From: Clostridia bacterium
GTDB lineage: Bacteria; Bacillota; Clostridia; Christensenellales; Borkfalkiaceae
Length of the DNA: 64,000 nt
Assembly (NCBI GenBank): GCA_017508485.1
Contig: JAFVYV010000011.1
Location: 20,295 to 84,294 of the forward strand
Direction of reading: 5' to 3'
Shown one piece after another: positions 18,128-28,060 of the stretch (within the stretch, counting starts at the first letter, position 1; each line of letters starts with the position of its first letter). The notes beneath the pieces were generated by a model. The model did not search any database. It saw nothing but the letters and a program-made list of their open reading frames with translations, and was not told where the DNA came from. Both the position numbers and the translations under genes were made by a program.

Positions 18128-18655
18128 TTACTTTTTTAAAGAATTGACCGCTTGTATAACCACGCTTGCTATGACGGCTAAATCTTCTTCCGTGTTTACT
18201 GAATACTCTTTTAAGATGGCTATAATTTCGCCTTTTAAAATTTCTTCTTCTAAAGGTTCTTCAAAAAGAAGATAAACTCTTTTTGAACTCTCTAGTAGCT
18301 TTTCTTTACCGACCACCTTTTTAAGGCTATTTTGAATTGTCAGTAGGGGAAGGTTAGAAGAAAAATTTCCTCTAAGTAGGTTTTCAATCAAAACAACGTA
18401 AACGGTAGATAGCGCCCCACAAAGTAAACCTTGGTAGATTACTTCTTCTTTAATGGTGGTACTTTCAAAAATTAAAAAATAACCTAAGTAAATACCAACG
18501 CCAAGCAAAAAGGGGATATAACTTAAAATGGCAATAGGAATTTTTTTTGCAAAAAATTTTTCAATAACCAAAGTAAGCGCGCTAATTATTAAAGAAATAA
18601 TAATTATCGGTAAAGAGTAACCATCAAAAACTTCTAAAATACTTAATAATTCCAT
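18128..18655 (-). CDS. Hypothetical membrane protein upstream of the ger operon
   Basis: 175 aa with about 4 TM helices and an acidic C-terminal domain. A hairpin at about 18095-18125 separates it from gerA. No family recognised. Confidence 0.55.
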   Translation of the reverse strand: MELLSILEVFDGYSLPIIIISLIISALTLVIEKFFAKKIPIAILSYIPFLLGVGIYLGYFLIFESTTIKEEVIYQGLLCGALSTVYVVLIENLLRGNFSSNLPLLTIQNSLKKVVGKEKLLESSKRVYLLFEEPLEEEILKGEIIAILKEYSVNTEEDLAVIASVVIQAVNSLKK

Positions 18656-19004
18656 TTTTTCCGTCCTTTAAGGGAGAAAGTTAAAATTACCCCCGTGAAA
18701 ACGGTAAAAAAGTCAGAATACAAAAATTTACCTAAAAAGCTTTTTTAATTCCTCCCTTTTATATATTTTTCCAAACGCTAAAAATAGTTTACCACTAAAT
18801 AAAAAAAAGAAAAGGTTTATATGACAGTTTATTTTAATTTGTATAAAAGTTGTTTTATTCTATTTTTTATACATTTTTCTGCATATTTTGAATAGTTTTG
18901 TATTAAAAATGACAAAAAACTTGCAAAATGATTGACAAAAGAAATTTAAAGGGGTATAGTAAGTCTACAAAATTTAATAAATAAAACTTTTTAGGAGAAA
19001 AAAT

Positions 19005-19811
19005 ATGAAAAAGTTATTAACTATTCTATTAGGTCTAGTTTTAGCGCTAGGTGGCGTTATTGGCTTAACAGCTTGTGGCCCAAAACAAGACAAACTTATC
19101 GTTTATACTGAAGCAGGATTCCCTCCATTTGAATTCGTTGCTAAAGGTACGACTGAAGTTATCGGTGTTGATATTGAAATTGCAAAATATATCGCAAACA
19201 AATATGATTATGAACTAGAAATTATTGACGGTAGCTTTGATACTATCATCGCTGGTATTTCTGAAGACAATGCTTTAGGTATTGCAGGTATTTCTTGGAC
19301 AGCTGCTCGTGCAGAAAATATTGAATATTCTGATTTCTATTTCGGTGGCGCTTTCCAAACTGTAGTTTACTTAAAAACTTCAAACCCTACTTTAACTGAC
19401 GGTGTATTTGACATTTCAAACTTTGATGGCAAAACTGTTGTTTACCAAACAGGTACTACTAGCCAATTAACAGTTGCTGAAAACGAAGCTGCTTGGAAAA
19501 TTGGTGGAAAGGCTGACTACAGTGAAGTTATGACAGGCCTTCAAGAAGTTCAAAATTCAAACGGTAGTAAATACTTAATCGTTGACTCACAAGTTGCTGC
19601 TCAACTTTGTGCTGAAAACACTGATTGTGCTTACGCTACTATTGAAGGGGTTGACGCTGAATCTTACGGCGTAGTTGCAAAGAAAGGCAATACTGCTTTA
19701 ATTGAAAAAGTAAACGCTGCAATTAAAGAACTTTTAGTTGAAGATGCTGATGGTAAAACTCAAATTGATAAATGGTATGATCAATATGCGGTTATTGAAC
19801 CAGAAGAATAA
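19005..19811 (+). CDS. Amino-acid ABC transporter substrate-binding lipoprotein (family 3 SBP)
   Basis: Signal peptide with the canonical lipobox LTAC. Contains a GFPPFEF motif. A TTGACA-17-TATAGT promoter lies upstream at about 18943-18971. Confidence 0.8.
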   Translation: MKKLLTILLGLVLALGGVIGLTACGPKQDKLIVYTEAGFPPFEFVAKGTTEVIGVDIEIAKYIANKYDYELEIIDGSFDTIIAGISEDNALGIAGISWTAARAENIEYSDFYFGGAFQTVVYLKTSNPTLTDGVFDISNFDGKTVVYQTGTTSQLTVAENEAAWKIGGKADYSEVMTGLQEVQNSNGSKYLIVDSQVAAQLCAENTDCAYATIEGVDAESYGVVAKKGNTALIEKVNAAIKELLVEDADGKTQIDKWYDQYAVIEPEE

Positions 19812-19888
19812 GAATTAAAGTTTACTTAAATATTAAGAAAGAAGAGCCAAACTTTTGTTGGCTCTTTCTATTCTATAAGAGGAAAAAG

Positions 19889-20620
19889 ATGAAAGAGTTT
19901 TTTTTAGGTGTGTGGGAAGATTTTTATAGTTGTTTTTTAGAAAACGGTTCTTATATGATGTATTTAAAGGGCTTAAGAAACACTATAATTATGGCTATCC
20001 TAGCATGTATAGTTGGCTTGATTATCGGTATAGTGGTAACTATTATCCGTGTTGTGCCAAAAAAGAATAAAGCATTAGTTGTTTTAGACAAAATCGCAAA
20101 TTTATACGTAACTATTATTCGTGGTACGCCGGTTGTATTACAACTATTTATAGGTTACTTCGTAATATTTGCCGCTGTAAAGACTGCAAGTTTTATTGGT
20201 ATTAAAGAAACTGCTGGTATTCCTGTTGCGGCAGTTGTGTTTGGTATAAACTCAGGCGCATATATGTCAGAAATTTTGAGAGGTGGCATTAACGCAGTTG
20301 ATTTTGGTCAAATGGAAGCGGGTAGAAGTTTAGGTCTTTCTTGGCTACAAACTTTTATGAGAGTAGTTTTACCACAATCACTTAAGAGTGCAATACCAAC
20401 TATGTTTAACGAATTTATTACTTTAGTAAAAGAAACTTCAGTTGCGGGCTACGTTGGAATAGTTGATTTGATGAAGATACAAAAATACGTTACAACGCAA
20501 AATGCGGAACTTTATATGCCACTTTTAATAATTGCGGCAATATATTTGATTATAGTATTGGGCTTACAACAAATTCAAAAGTTGATTGAAAGGAGGTTGA
20601 TGGCAAGTGATAAGCGATAA
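19889..20620 (+). CDS. Amino-acid ABC transporter permease (His/Glu/Gln/Arg/opine family)
   Basis: Contains an EAA-type loop ([22 protein letters not shown]) and the typical [12 protein letters not shown] motif. Confidence 0.85.
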   Translation: MKEFFLGVWEDFYSCFLENGSYMMYLKGLRNTIIMAILACIVGLIIGIVVTIIRVVPKKNKALVVLDKIANLYVTIIRGTPVVLQLFIGYFVIFAAVKTASFIGIKETAGIPVAAVVFGINSGAYMSEILRGGINAVDFGQMEAGRSLGLSWLQTFMRVVLPQSLKSAIPTMFNEFITLVKETSVAGYVGIVDLMKIQKYVTTQNAELYMPLLIIAAIYLIIVLGLQQIQKLIERRLMASDKR

Positions 20621-21560
20621 AATCTCTTTAGATGAAATAGTAAAGGCGGAAAACATATACAAAAACTTTGGTAAGGTTGAAGTATTAAAAGGAGTTACCT
20701 TAAGAATAAAAAAAGGGGAAAGAGTTGTTGTAATCGGACCGTCTGGTTCAGGAAAATCAACAATGCTTAGATGTATGAACCTTTTAGAAGAGCCAACTTA
20801 CGGTGAAGTTTGGCTACACGAAAATCTTTTAACGCCTATTGATCCTTATCTTCACTTTGACGTTATAAAGCTTTCAAGCACTTTCAAAAAAATGAAGGTG
20901 GAAGCGATTACGGCTGGCGAAGAAGATAGCGAAAAACTTGATGAAAAGATTATTCTTGAAATAAAGAAAAAAGATCTTTTAAAGAAAAATGAAGGTAAAG
21001 AGTATAAATTAGCTATTAAAGACCTTTATAAAAAGTACAGCATGAACATAAATAAAGGTAGAGCTAAAATGGGAATGGTTTTCCAACACTTTAACCTTTT
21101 TAACAACCTAACCGTTTTAGAAAATTTAACTTTAGCACCTGTTAAGTTAAAGTTAAAAACAAAAGAAGAAGCAGAAGAAAAGGCTTATGCTTTACTAAAA
21201 AGAATAGGGCTTGAAGATAAAGCAAACGTTTATCCATCAACCCTATCTGGTGGACAAAAGCAAAGAATTGCTATTATTCGTTCACTTGCTATGGAACCAG
21301 AAGTTATACTTTTTGACGAACCGACTTCTGCCCTTGACCCTGAAATGGTAGGGGAAGTTCTTGAACTTATGAAAGAACTAGCAGAAGAAGGTATGACCAT
21401 GGTAGTAGTAACGCACGAAATGGGCTTTGCTAAAGAAGTTGCAACAAGGGTAATTTTTATAGACGAAGGCATTATAAAGGAAGAAAATACCCCTAAAGAA
21501 TTTTTTGAATCACCTAAAGATGAAAGATTAAAAGAATTTTTATCAAAGGTTTTAATGTAA
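20607..21560 (+). CDS. Amino-acid ABC transporter ATP-binding protein with a ~65-aa Lys/Glu-rich insertion
   Basis: GTG start. Walker [11 protein letters not shown]-loop MVFQHFNLF, signature LSGGQKQR and Walker [12 protein letters not shown] are all present. The Walker A to Q-loop spacing is far longer than in GlnQ-type proteins. Confidence 0.85.
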   Translation: MISDKISLDEIVKAENIYKNFGKVEVLKGVTLRIKKGERVVVIGPSGSGKSTMLRCMNLLEEPTYGEVWLHENLLTPIDPYLHFDVIKLSSTFKKMKVEAITAGEEDSEKLDEKIILEIKKKDLLKKNEGKEYKLAIKDLYKKYSMNINKGRAKMGMVFQHFNLFNNLTVLENLTLAPVKLKLKTKEEAEEKAYALLKRIGLEDKANVYPSTLSGGQKQRIAIIRSLAMEPEVILFDEPTSALDPEMVGEVLELMKELAEEGMTMVVVTHEMGFAKEVATRVIFIDEGIIKEENTPKEFFESPKDERLKEFLSKVLM

Positions 21561-21564
21561 CAAA

Positions 21565-21603
21565 AAAGGGATAAAGCAAAAAACTTTATCCCTTAATTTT
21601 TTT
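21565..21603. terminator. Bidirectional terminator
   Basis: GGGATAAAG / CTTTATCCC stem followed by a T-run. Confidence 0.8.
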
Positions 21604-21616
21604 TAGTTAGAAAGGT

Positions 21617-22360
21617 TTATTTAGCCTTTCTTTTTTTTAACGCAGGTATTAAGTAAAATAAGCCAACGAACACGATTATAAATAATGCGTATAGTGGTAA
21701 GTATAAGCCGTAATCTAAACCAACAATTTCTTGCACGTCGTTATTTGGCATAAAATAGAAAGGGTCTTTTTCAATTTTGAAAACCCAAATATCTAAAATT
21801 ACGTAAAAGAGTAATCCTAAAAAACAAAAACCGTCGCCAACCGGCTTTTTATAATTAAAGTCGGCAAATTTATAGGTAACAAAACAAATACTCATAGTAA
21901 AGAATAGTGCGTGTGTTGCTATTGAATATAAGTTTTCAAACAAAATAAATTCGTTGTTAAACCCTGCGCCTGGATAGATAAAGAAAATTCCACCACAAAG
22001 AATACCGATTATTGACGCAAGGTTATAGAAATATTTTTTGTTAATAATTACTGCTAAAACCACAAGCCAACAAGATATTGCGCAACCTGGTCTTGGTAAT
22101 AAAATTGATAAAACGTTTCTAAAAGAATAGTCGGTTGTTTTTACAAAATTGACAATTCTACGCGTTAAACCAAAAACAACTATTAAAGCGGCAAAAGAAA
22201 GTAGCAATATAAACTTTACTTTTTGCTTTTTCTTAAGTAAAAGGGTAGATGCCACAATAAAGGCAATACATAAAAGTAAAACTAAGATATGTGGTAGTTT
22301 CCAAGCACCGTCAATATGTGGATTAGGGTAGGAACTAAAAATCCATTCTTTAAAACTCAT
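21617..22360 (-). CDS. Polytopic integral membrane protein (YwaF/TIGR02206-like, tentative; possibly distantly paralogous to 6252-7112)
   Basis: 247-aa hydrophobic ORF with a similar layout to the 6252 protein (an ...YP... motif mid-protein and a His in a late helix). Confidence 0.55.
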   Translation of the reverse strand: MSFKEWIFSSYPNPHIDGAWKLPHILVLLLCIAFIVASTLLLKKKQKVKFILLLSFAALIVVFGLTRRIVNFVKTTDYSFRNVLSILLPRPGCAISCWLVVLAVIINKKYFYNLASIIGILCGGIFFIYPGAGFNNEFILFENLYSIATHALFFTMSICFVTYKFADFNYKKPVGDGFCFLGLLFYVILDIWVFKIEKDPFYFMPNNDVQEIVGLDYGLYLPLYALFIIVFVGLFYLIPALKKRKAK

Positions 22361-22492
22361 AACTTTCTCCTAAGTAAATATAAATTACTATATAAAATAT
22401 AGCACCATAAAAAATTAAAGTCAATATAAAAAACAAAATATAGTGTTTTATAGGCAAGGGATTAACAATTTAAAAATTTTTGTAAAAATCGT

Positions 22493-22521
22493 TTGACAAA
22501 AGGGATAAAAAGTTGTATTAT
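22493..22521 (+). promoter_or_regulatory. Promoter of the infC-rpmI-rplT operon
   Basis: TTGACA (22493-22498), 17-nt spacer, TG-n-TATTAT (22514-22521). Confidence 0.65.
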
Positions 22522-22526
22522 ACTAG

Positions 22527-22657
22527 AGCGTAAAGAGAAAGTAACCCTTTCCACCTTGCTAAAAGGATAGTCAAGGTTCAATATTCTAGTAAATAATCTT
22601 TTATTTTAAGGGATATTATCGGGTTGCTTTTGCGACCCGATTTTTTTTATTTTTTTT
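22527..22657 (+). promoter_or_regulatory. L20-type ribosomal protein leader with terminator/attenuator upstream of infC
   Basis: About 130 nt of transcribed leader ending in a 10-bp hairpin, ATCGGGTTGC-TTTT-GCGACCCGAT (22618-22641), plus a 17-nt T-rich run. This is 16 nt before the infC start. The position matches the Firmicute L20 leader. Confidence 0.6.
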
Positions 22658-22672
22658 GAGAGGTATAAAACT

Positions 22673-23185
22673 ATTAAAAAGCAACATCAAATTAACGAAG
22701 AAATTCGTGATAGAGAAATTAGAGTAATTTCTGAAACTGGTGAACAATTAGGGGTTATGAGTGCGAGAGAAGCACTTGAAATTGCAGATGAAAGGGAATT
22801 AGATTTGGTTAAAATTTCACCAAACGCAAACCCACCTGTTTGTAAAATTATGAACTACGGCAAGTTCCTTTTTGACCAAGTTAAAAGGGAAAAGGAAGCA
22901 AAGAAAAACCAAAAGGTTATTGAAGTTAAGGAAATTTGGCTTTCAATGACGATTGACGTTGGCGATTTACAAACAAAAGCAAAACAAACGCAAAAATTCC
23001 TATCTCAAGGAAACAAAGTAAAAGTTTCTATTAGAATGAAGGGTCGTCAAATGGCTCACGCAAGTTTAGGACTTGACGTAATGAGTAAGTTCTACGAACT
23101 TGTTAAAGAGTTTGGCGCAAAAGAAAAAGAACCGCTTACTGAAGGCAGAAACATCTGGATGATGTTAGCGCCAGTAAAAGCGTAA
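22673..23185 (+). CDS. infC: Translation initiation factor IF-3 (non-canonical ATT start)
   Basis: The track ORF begins at an internal Met (22757). The frame stays open upstream and encodes IKKQHQINEEIRDREIRVISETGEQLGV, a typical IF-3 N-terminus. The ATT at 22673 lies 9 nt after GAGAGG. Confidence 0.85.
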   Translation: MKKQHQINEEIRDREIRVISETGEQLGVMSAREALEIADERELDLVKISPNANPPVCKIMNYGKFLFDQVKREKEAKKNQKVIEVKEIWLSMTIDVGDLQTKAKQTQKFLSQGNKVKVSIRMKGRQMAHASLGLDVMSKFYELVKEFGAKEKEPLTEGRNIWMMLAPVKA

Positions 23186-23215
23186 TTATTAAAATTTTAA
23201 CGGAGGGTAAACATT

Positions 23216-23413
23216 ATGCCAAAAATGAAAACTAAAAGTGGTGCTAAAAAACGTTTCCGTTTAACTGCAACGGGTAAGGTTAAAAGAGCTCATGCAGGTA
23301 AAAACCACATCTTAACAAAGAAAAATAGAAAGAGAAAGAATAACTTATGTAAGGGTGCGCTTGTCGACGCTGGTCAACAAAAGACTATTAAGACCTTAAT
23401 TTACAATAAGTAA
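23216..23413 (+). CDS. rpmI: 50S ribosomal protein L35
   Basis: [14 protein letters not shown] signature; 65 aa, basic. Confidence 0.95.
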   Translation: MPKMKTKSGAKKRFRLTATGKVKRAHAGKNHILTKKNRKRKNNLCKGALVDAGQQKTIKTLIYNK

Positions 23414-23425
23414 AGGAGATAAATT

Positions 23426-23779
23426 ATGCGTATTAAAAGAGCTGTTAACGCTGTTAAAAAGCGTAGAAAGATATTAAAATTAGCAAAAGGTTATTTTGGT
23501 GGTAGATCAAAGAGATATAGAGTTGCTAGAGAAGCCGTTATGAAGGCTCAAAAGTATGCTTATATCGGTAGAAAGTTAAGAAAAAGAGATTTTCGTTCTC
23601 TTTGGATTGCAAGAATTAACGCTGCTGCAAGACTTAACAACCTATCTTACAGCAAATTTATGTTCGGTCTAAAGAACGCTGGTATCGCATTAAACAGAAA
23701 GGTTTTAGCTGATATCGCTGTTAACGACCCTGCAACTTTCACGGCTTTAGCTGAAAAGGCAAAGGCTAATTTAAAATAG
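23426..23779 (+). CDS. rplT: 50S ribosomal protein L20
   Basis: [25 protein letters not shown] signature; 117 aa. Confidence 0.95.
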   Translation: MRIKRAVNAVKKRRKILKLAKGYFGGRSKRYRVAREAVMKAQKYAYIGRKLRKRDFRSLWIARINAAARLNNLSYSKFMFGLKNAGIALNRKVLADIAVNDPATFTALAEKAKANLK

Positions 23780-23834
23780 TTAGGTAAAAAGAGTTTGCTT
23801 TGATTTTTTAAGTAAACTCTATTTTATTTTAGTT

Positions 23835-24548
23835 ATGATAATTTCTAAATCAAACCCAAAAATTAAAGAAGTAAGAAGTCTTAAACAAAAAAAGTTCCGT
23901 GATGAACTAGGGCTTTATTTTGTTGAAGGACACAAAATGGTTAAAGAAGCAGTTTCTTTCAACCTACCTATTAAGTATATAATAGGCGTTAAGGAAGAGT
24001 TAGATAGAATTTCTTTTAATATAAATGAAGTTTTTGAAGTTTCAAGCGAAGTTTTTTCTACCATAACGGATGAAAAAAGCCCGGAAGGTATTATTGCCGT
24101 GATAAATAAGGAAGATAAGCCTTTTACACCCCCTACTTCAAAATGTTTACTTCTTGACGGGGTAAGAGACCCAGGAAATTTAGGTACTATTATTAGAACG
24201 GCAGCCGCAAGCGGATTTAAAAACATTTATTTACTTGACACGGTTGACGAGTTTTCTCCAAAAGTTATTAGGGCAAGTATGAGTGGAATTTACTTTTGCG
24301 ACCTTTATAAAATAACTAAGGAAGAAGTTGATTTAATTACTTTACCTAAAATTTCTGCCGATATGAAAGGGCAAAACGTTTTTGAGTTTGATAAATTAAA
24401 GGAATTTTGTTTAATAATAGGTAGTGAAGCGCACGGCGTTTCAACCTACTTAAGAGAAAAAAGTGATTATACTGTTAGTATTCCTATGCAAAACGTTGAA
24501 AGTTTGAACGCAGGTGTTGCCGGTGGAATACTTATGTATTTACTATAA
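23835..24548 (+). CDS. TrmH/SpoU-family RNA 2'-O-methyltransferase
   Basis: DGVRDPGNLGTIIRTA, IGSEAHGVS and ESLNAGVAGGILMY SpoU motifs. Confidence 0.85.
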   Translation: MIISKSNPKIKEVRSLKQKKFRDELGLYFVEGHKMVKEAVSFNLPIKYIIGVKEELDRISFNINEVFEVSSEVFSTITDEKSPEGIIAVINKEDKPFTPPTSKCLLLDGVRDPGNLGTIIRTAAASGFKNIYLLDTVDEFSPKVIRASMSGIYFCDLYKITKEEVDLITLPKISADMKGQNVFEFDKLKEFCLIIGSEAHGVSTYLREKSDYTVSIPMQNVESLNAGVAGGILMYLL

Positions 24549-24558
24549 GGAGGATAAT

Positions 24559-25290
24559 ATGTCAGGACATAGTCATGCTGCTAATATTGCGGCTAAAAAA
24601 GCAAAAATTGATGCCGTAAGGGGTAAAATCTTTACAAAAATTGGTAGAGAACTTGCAGTTGCCGCTAAACAAGGCACAGACCCAAACACAAACTCTAAAC
24701 TTGCTGATGCTATTGCTAAGGCAAAGGCTAACAATATGCCTAACGATAATATTCAAAGATGTATCAAAAAGGCGTCAGGCGAACTTAGTGGTGCAAACTA
24801 CGAAACGCTTACTTACGAAGGTTACGGCCCAGGTGGTAGCGCAGTTATCGTTAGCACTTTAACGGACAACAAAAACAGAACTGTTGATATGGTTAGAACG
24901 GCACTTAGAAAGCACGGTGGTGAAATGGGTAACTCTGGTTGCGTTTCATTTATGTTTGATAACCTTGGCGTTTTAATTATTGAAAGAACACCTACTTTAG
25001 AAGAAGACGTTATTATGGAATACGCTATTGAAGCAGGTGCAGACGACGTTATTACAAGTGACGACGCTTTTGAAGTTCGTACTTCAGTTCAAAACTTTTC
25101 TACCGTTAGAAAGTATTTAGAAGAAAAAGGACTTTCTTTCTTTGAAGCATCACTTCAAATGGTTCCACAAAACGTAATCACTCTTGATAATGATGCTATC
25201 GTTAAATTTAGAAAGATGGTTGACGCCCTTGAAGACCTTGACGACGTTCAAAACGTTTACCATAACGTAGACAACGCCATCGACGAATAA
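24559..25290 (+). CDS. yebC: YebC/PmpR-family DNA-binding transcriptional regulator
   Basis: The ATG at 24559 follows AAGGAGGA. MSGHSHAANIAAKKAKIDAVRGKIFTK is the family N-terminus. Confidence 0.9.
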   Translation: MSGHSHAANIAAKKAKIDAVRGKIFTKIGRELAVAAKQGTDPNTNSKLADAIAKAKANNMPNDNIQRCIKKASGELSGANYETLTYEGYGPGGSAVIVSTLTDNKNRTVDMVRTALRKHGGEMGNSGCVSFMFDNLGVLIIERTPTLEEDVIMEYAIEAGADDVITSDDAFEVRTSVQNFSTVRKYLEEKGLSFFEASLQMVPQNVITLDNDAIVKFRKMVDALEDLDDVQNVYHNVDNAIDE

Positions 25291-25569
25291 TTTTTTTAAG
25301 CAAGGTATTAAAATCGTTTTATTGAAGATACTTTTAATATCAACGATAAGACGATTTTGTTTTTTATAAAATTAATCGCCTAAAAATTGTTGTTTATATA
25401 AAGTTTTTAGGCGAAAATTTGCCAAAAAACGGGGGAAGAGAAAACAAAAAAAGACTTTTCTCTTCCTTATTAATTTTAAATAAATTAGATTTTTTAAAGT
25501 TTAATTCAATAAATAGATGTTAAACTGTGTATAATAAAAAAGAGAAATTTTATTGATTTTAGAGGTTTT

Positions 25570-26811
25570 ATGAAAAAGATAAGAACGATTTTAGTTGCAA
25601 TCGCTTTAATAATAATGACTTGTACGCTTTCAGCGTGTCAAATATTTTTTACGGAATTTCCACAACTAGGTGGCAAAAGTCGTGGCACGGTTGACGTTTC
25701 TTCAGTTAGCATTAACTATTCAACCGGCTTAAGTAATAGAGAAAAGGGTGATTTAGTAGACGCCGTTAAAGAAGTTTACGGCTCAGTAGTTGCTATTGAA
25801 AATTTAACGGCTACTTCACTTGGACTTGGTTGTGGCGTTATAGTTGACGTTGACGTTTATACAAAATCAGGCAAGTTAGAAGAAAATTGCTTCCACATTT
25901 TAACCTGTTTCCACGTAATTAACGGCGCATCTGAACTTAAGGTTGGCTTAGTTGATGCAAACGGAGAATATTCTTACGTTTTTTCAAGCAGTAATTTTGC
26001 AGTATCTTTAGTAGGTGGCGATGAAGACACGGATATTGCAGTATTAAAATTAGATATTACCGATAACCCTTACGGACTAAAGAAGGAAGATATAGTCGTT
26101 GCAAAACTTATGGATATTAAAAGCAACAAGTTATCACTTGCAGAACAAGTTTTTGCAATAGGTAATCCTGGTGGCGCACTTCCTGGTACTGTTACAAGTG
26201 GTATCGTTAGTTATATAAACAGAAGAACTTCTATTGAAGGAAGGGAAATGACACTTATTCAACTTGACGCTGCCTTAAATCAAGGCAACTCTGGTGGCGG
26301 ATTATTTAACTTATACGGCGAATTAGTTGGTATGGTTAACGGTGGTAATATTGACCTTGAAGGGGCAAACTTTGCAATTCCATTAGAAGTTGGAAGACCT
26401 GATATGGAAGAAACGGGCATTGTTAAAATAATGACCGAATTAATAGAAAATCAAACAAAAAATTCTTACGGATTCGTTGAAGGTAGATGGAAACTTGGTA
26501 TGGTTGCAACGGAAGGCACAACTAGTGGACCTTTTGGCGCCCAAGACAAATACGTTTACGTTCATAGCATCAACGAAGGTAGTTCAATAGCAAAAGCAAC
26601 TGCAAGTGATGGTAGCAAAATAAAAGCAGGTTATATTATTGACTCTATTGAAGTTAATGGCGTAAAGACAAAAATAACCGACTTAGCAAGTTTTGAAGCC
26701 GTTTACGAAGGTATGAAGGAAAGTTTGAAGATAGGCGATACCTTTAAACTTATTTTAAGGGAAAAGTATTCTTCACTTTTAACCACTTCATTTACGGTAA
26801 CTATTGAATAA
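25570..26811 (+). CDS. S1C (HtrA/DegP-like) serine protease lipoprotein with C-terminal PDZ-like domain
   Basis: Lipobox LSAC. Catalytic His (LTCFHVING), Asp (DTDIAVLKL) and Ser (GNSGGGLFN). Confidence 0.8.
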   Translation: MKKIRTILVAIALIIMTCTLSACQIFFTEFPQLGGKSRGTVDVSSVSINYSTGLSNREKGDLVDAVKEVYGSVVAIENLTATSLGLGCGVIVDVDVYTKSGKLEENCFHILTCFHVINGASELKVGLVDANGEYSYVFSSSNFAVSLVGGDEDTDIAVLKLDITDNPYGLKKEDIVVAKLMDIKSNKLSLAEQVFAIGNPGGALPGTVTSGIVSYINRRTSIEGREMTLIQLDAALNQGNSGGGLFNLYGELVGMVNGGNIDLEGANFAIPLEVGRPDMEETGIVKIMTELIENQTKNSYGFVEGRWKLGMVATEGTTSGPFGAQDKYVYVHSINEGSSIAKATASDGSKIKAGYIIDSIEVNGVKTKITDLASFEAVYEGMKESLKIGDTFKLILREKYSSLLTTSFTVTIE

Positions 26812-26922
26812 TTTATTTACAACCCAAGTTTTAATTAGACCACACACAGAAAACCTCAAATTTTCTCCAAAAATTTTTAAGGAAAACGGCGCAAAGCCGT
26901 TTTTCCTTTTTAAAAACTATTA

Positions 26923-26951
26923 TTGACTTTTTTAAGAAAATTAAGTACAAT
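26923..26951 (+). promoter_or_regulatory. Promoter of the ruvCAB-queA block
   Basis: TTGACT, 17-nt spacer, TACAAT. Confidence 0.55.
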
Positions 26952-26980
26952 ATAAAGAGTGGAATTTTAAAGGAGAAAAA

Positions 26981-27472
26981 GTGGTAGTAGTTGGTTTTGA
27001 CCCAGGCCTTGCAACTTTAGGATACGGGGTATTAGAAAAAACTGGTAATATAACGAAAATGCTTGATTACGGCGTAGTTTTAACCCCAAAGGAAGAAAAT
27101 TTGGCGATAAGACTTACTATGCTTGAAGAAGGTGTTAAAAAGATTATTGAAACTTTTAAGCCAGATGAAATTGCAATTGAAGAACTTTTCTTTGCAAAAA
27201 ACGTTAAAACGGGCATAGCAGTTGCACACGCAAGGGGTGTTGTTTTACTTACGGCAACCAAGTATTGTGGTAAAATTTTTGAATACACGCCACTTCAAAT
27301 TAAACAAGCGTTAACGGGCTACGGAAGGGCTGATAAAAACCAAATTCAACAAATGGTAAAAACCTTTCTTAAATTACCAAAAATTCCAAAGCCAGACGAC
27401 GCGGCAGATGCTTTAGCAGTTGGACTTTGTCACTTACAAACTAATAAATTAAGCGGGTTATTTAAACTATGA
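26981..27472 (+). CDS. ruvC: Crossover junction endodeoxyribonuclease RuvC
   Basis: GTG start after AGGAG. VVGFDPGLATLGYGVL motif. The stop overlaps the ruvA ATG (ATGA). Confidence 0.9.
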   Translation: MVVVGFDPGLATLGYGVLEKTGNITKMLDYGVVLTPKEENLAIRLTMLEEGVKKIIETFKPDEIAIEELFFAKNVKTGIAVAHARGVVLLTATKYCGKIFEYTPLQIKQALTGYGRADKNQIQQMVKTFLKLPKIPKPDDAADALAVGLCHLQTNKLSGLFKL

Positions 27473-28056
27473 TAGGATATATTAAAGGAAGAGTTTTAGA
27501 TTTTGATAACGGTATGGTTTTACTTGAAAATAACGGAATAGGGTATGAAATAACCTGTTCTGCAAGTATTTACGCAAAACTTGTAAACCAAAAGGAAGGG
27601 GAAGTTTACACTTACCTTTCAGTTAGCGACCAAGGTGCAAATATTTACGGATTCGTTAGTCGTGAAGAAAAGGCAATGTTCTTAAAACTAATTTCCGTTA
27701 GTGGCGTTGGACCAAAAGTTGGCATAGGCATACTTTCTAACATAAATTTAGAAGGTTTGGCTTTAGCAATTGCAACTTCTGATATTAAAACCCTTTCAGG
27801 AATTAAAGGTTGTGGCAAAAAAACGGCTGAAAGAATTATAGTTGAACTTCGCGAAAAGATGGGTGAAATTAACCTAACCACGACTGATAAAAAGCAAACA
27901 ATAACTACCGTAGAAGCAAATCCTGAAGCAGTTATGGCTTTAATGACTTTAGGTTTTACCAAAGCAGAAAGCACCAACGCAGTAAGAACGGCAGAAGAAA
28001 AGGGCGTAACGGGACTTCAAGCAATTATTTCCTTTGCGCTTAAAAATATGAGATAG
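27469..28056 (+). CDS. ruvA: Holliday junction DNA helicase RuvA
   Basis: [10 protein letters not shown]-terminus and HhH motifs ([23 protein letters not shown]). Confidence 0.9.
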   Translation: MIGYIKGRVLDFDNGMVLLENNGIGYEITCSASIYAKLVNQKEGEVYTYLSVSDQGANIYGFVSREEKAMFLKLISVSGVGPKVGIGILSNINLEGLALAIATSDIKTLSGIKGCGKKTAERIIVELREKMGEINLTTTDKKQTITTVEANPEAVMALMTLGFTKAESTNAVRTAEEKGVTGLQAIISFALKNMR

Positions 28057-28060
28057 AATT

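Noticed and set aside
18656-18930. Long AT-rich spacer between the divergent 18655 membrane gene and the ABC operon, including a GGGAGG...CTCCC long-range complementarity.
   Set aside because: I could not define a convincing riboswitch or leader fold, or an ORF. It most likely holds divergent promoters only.
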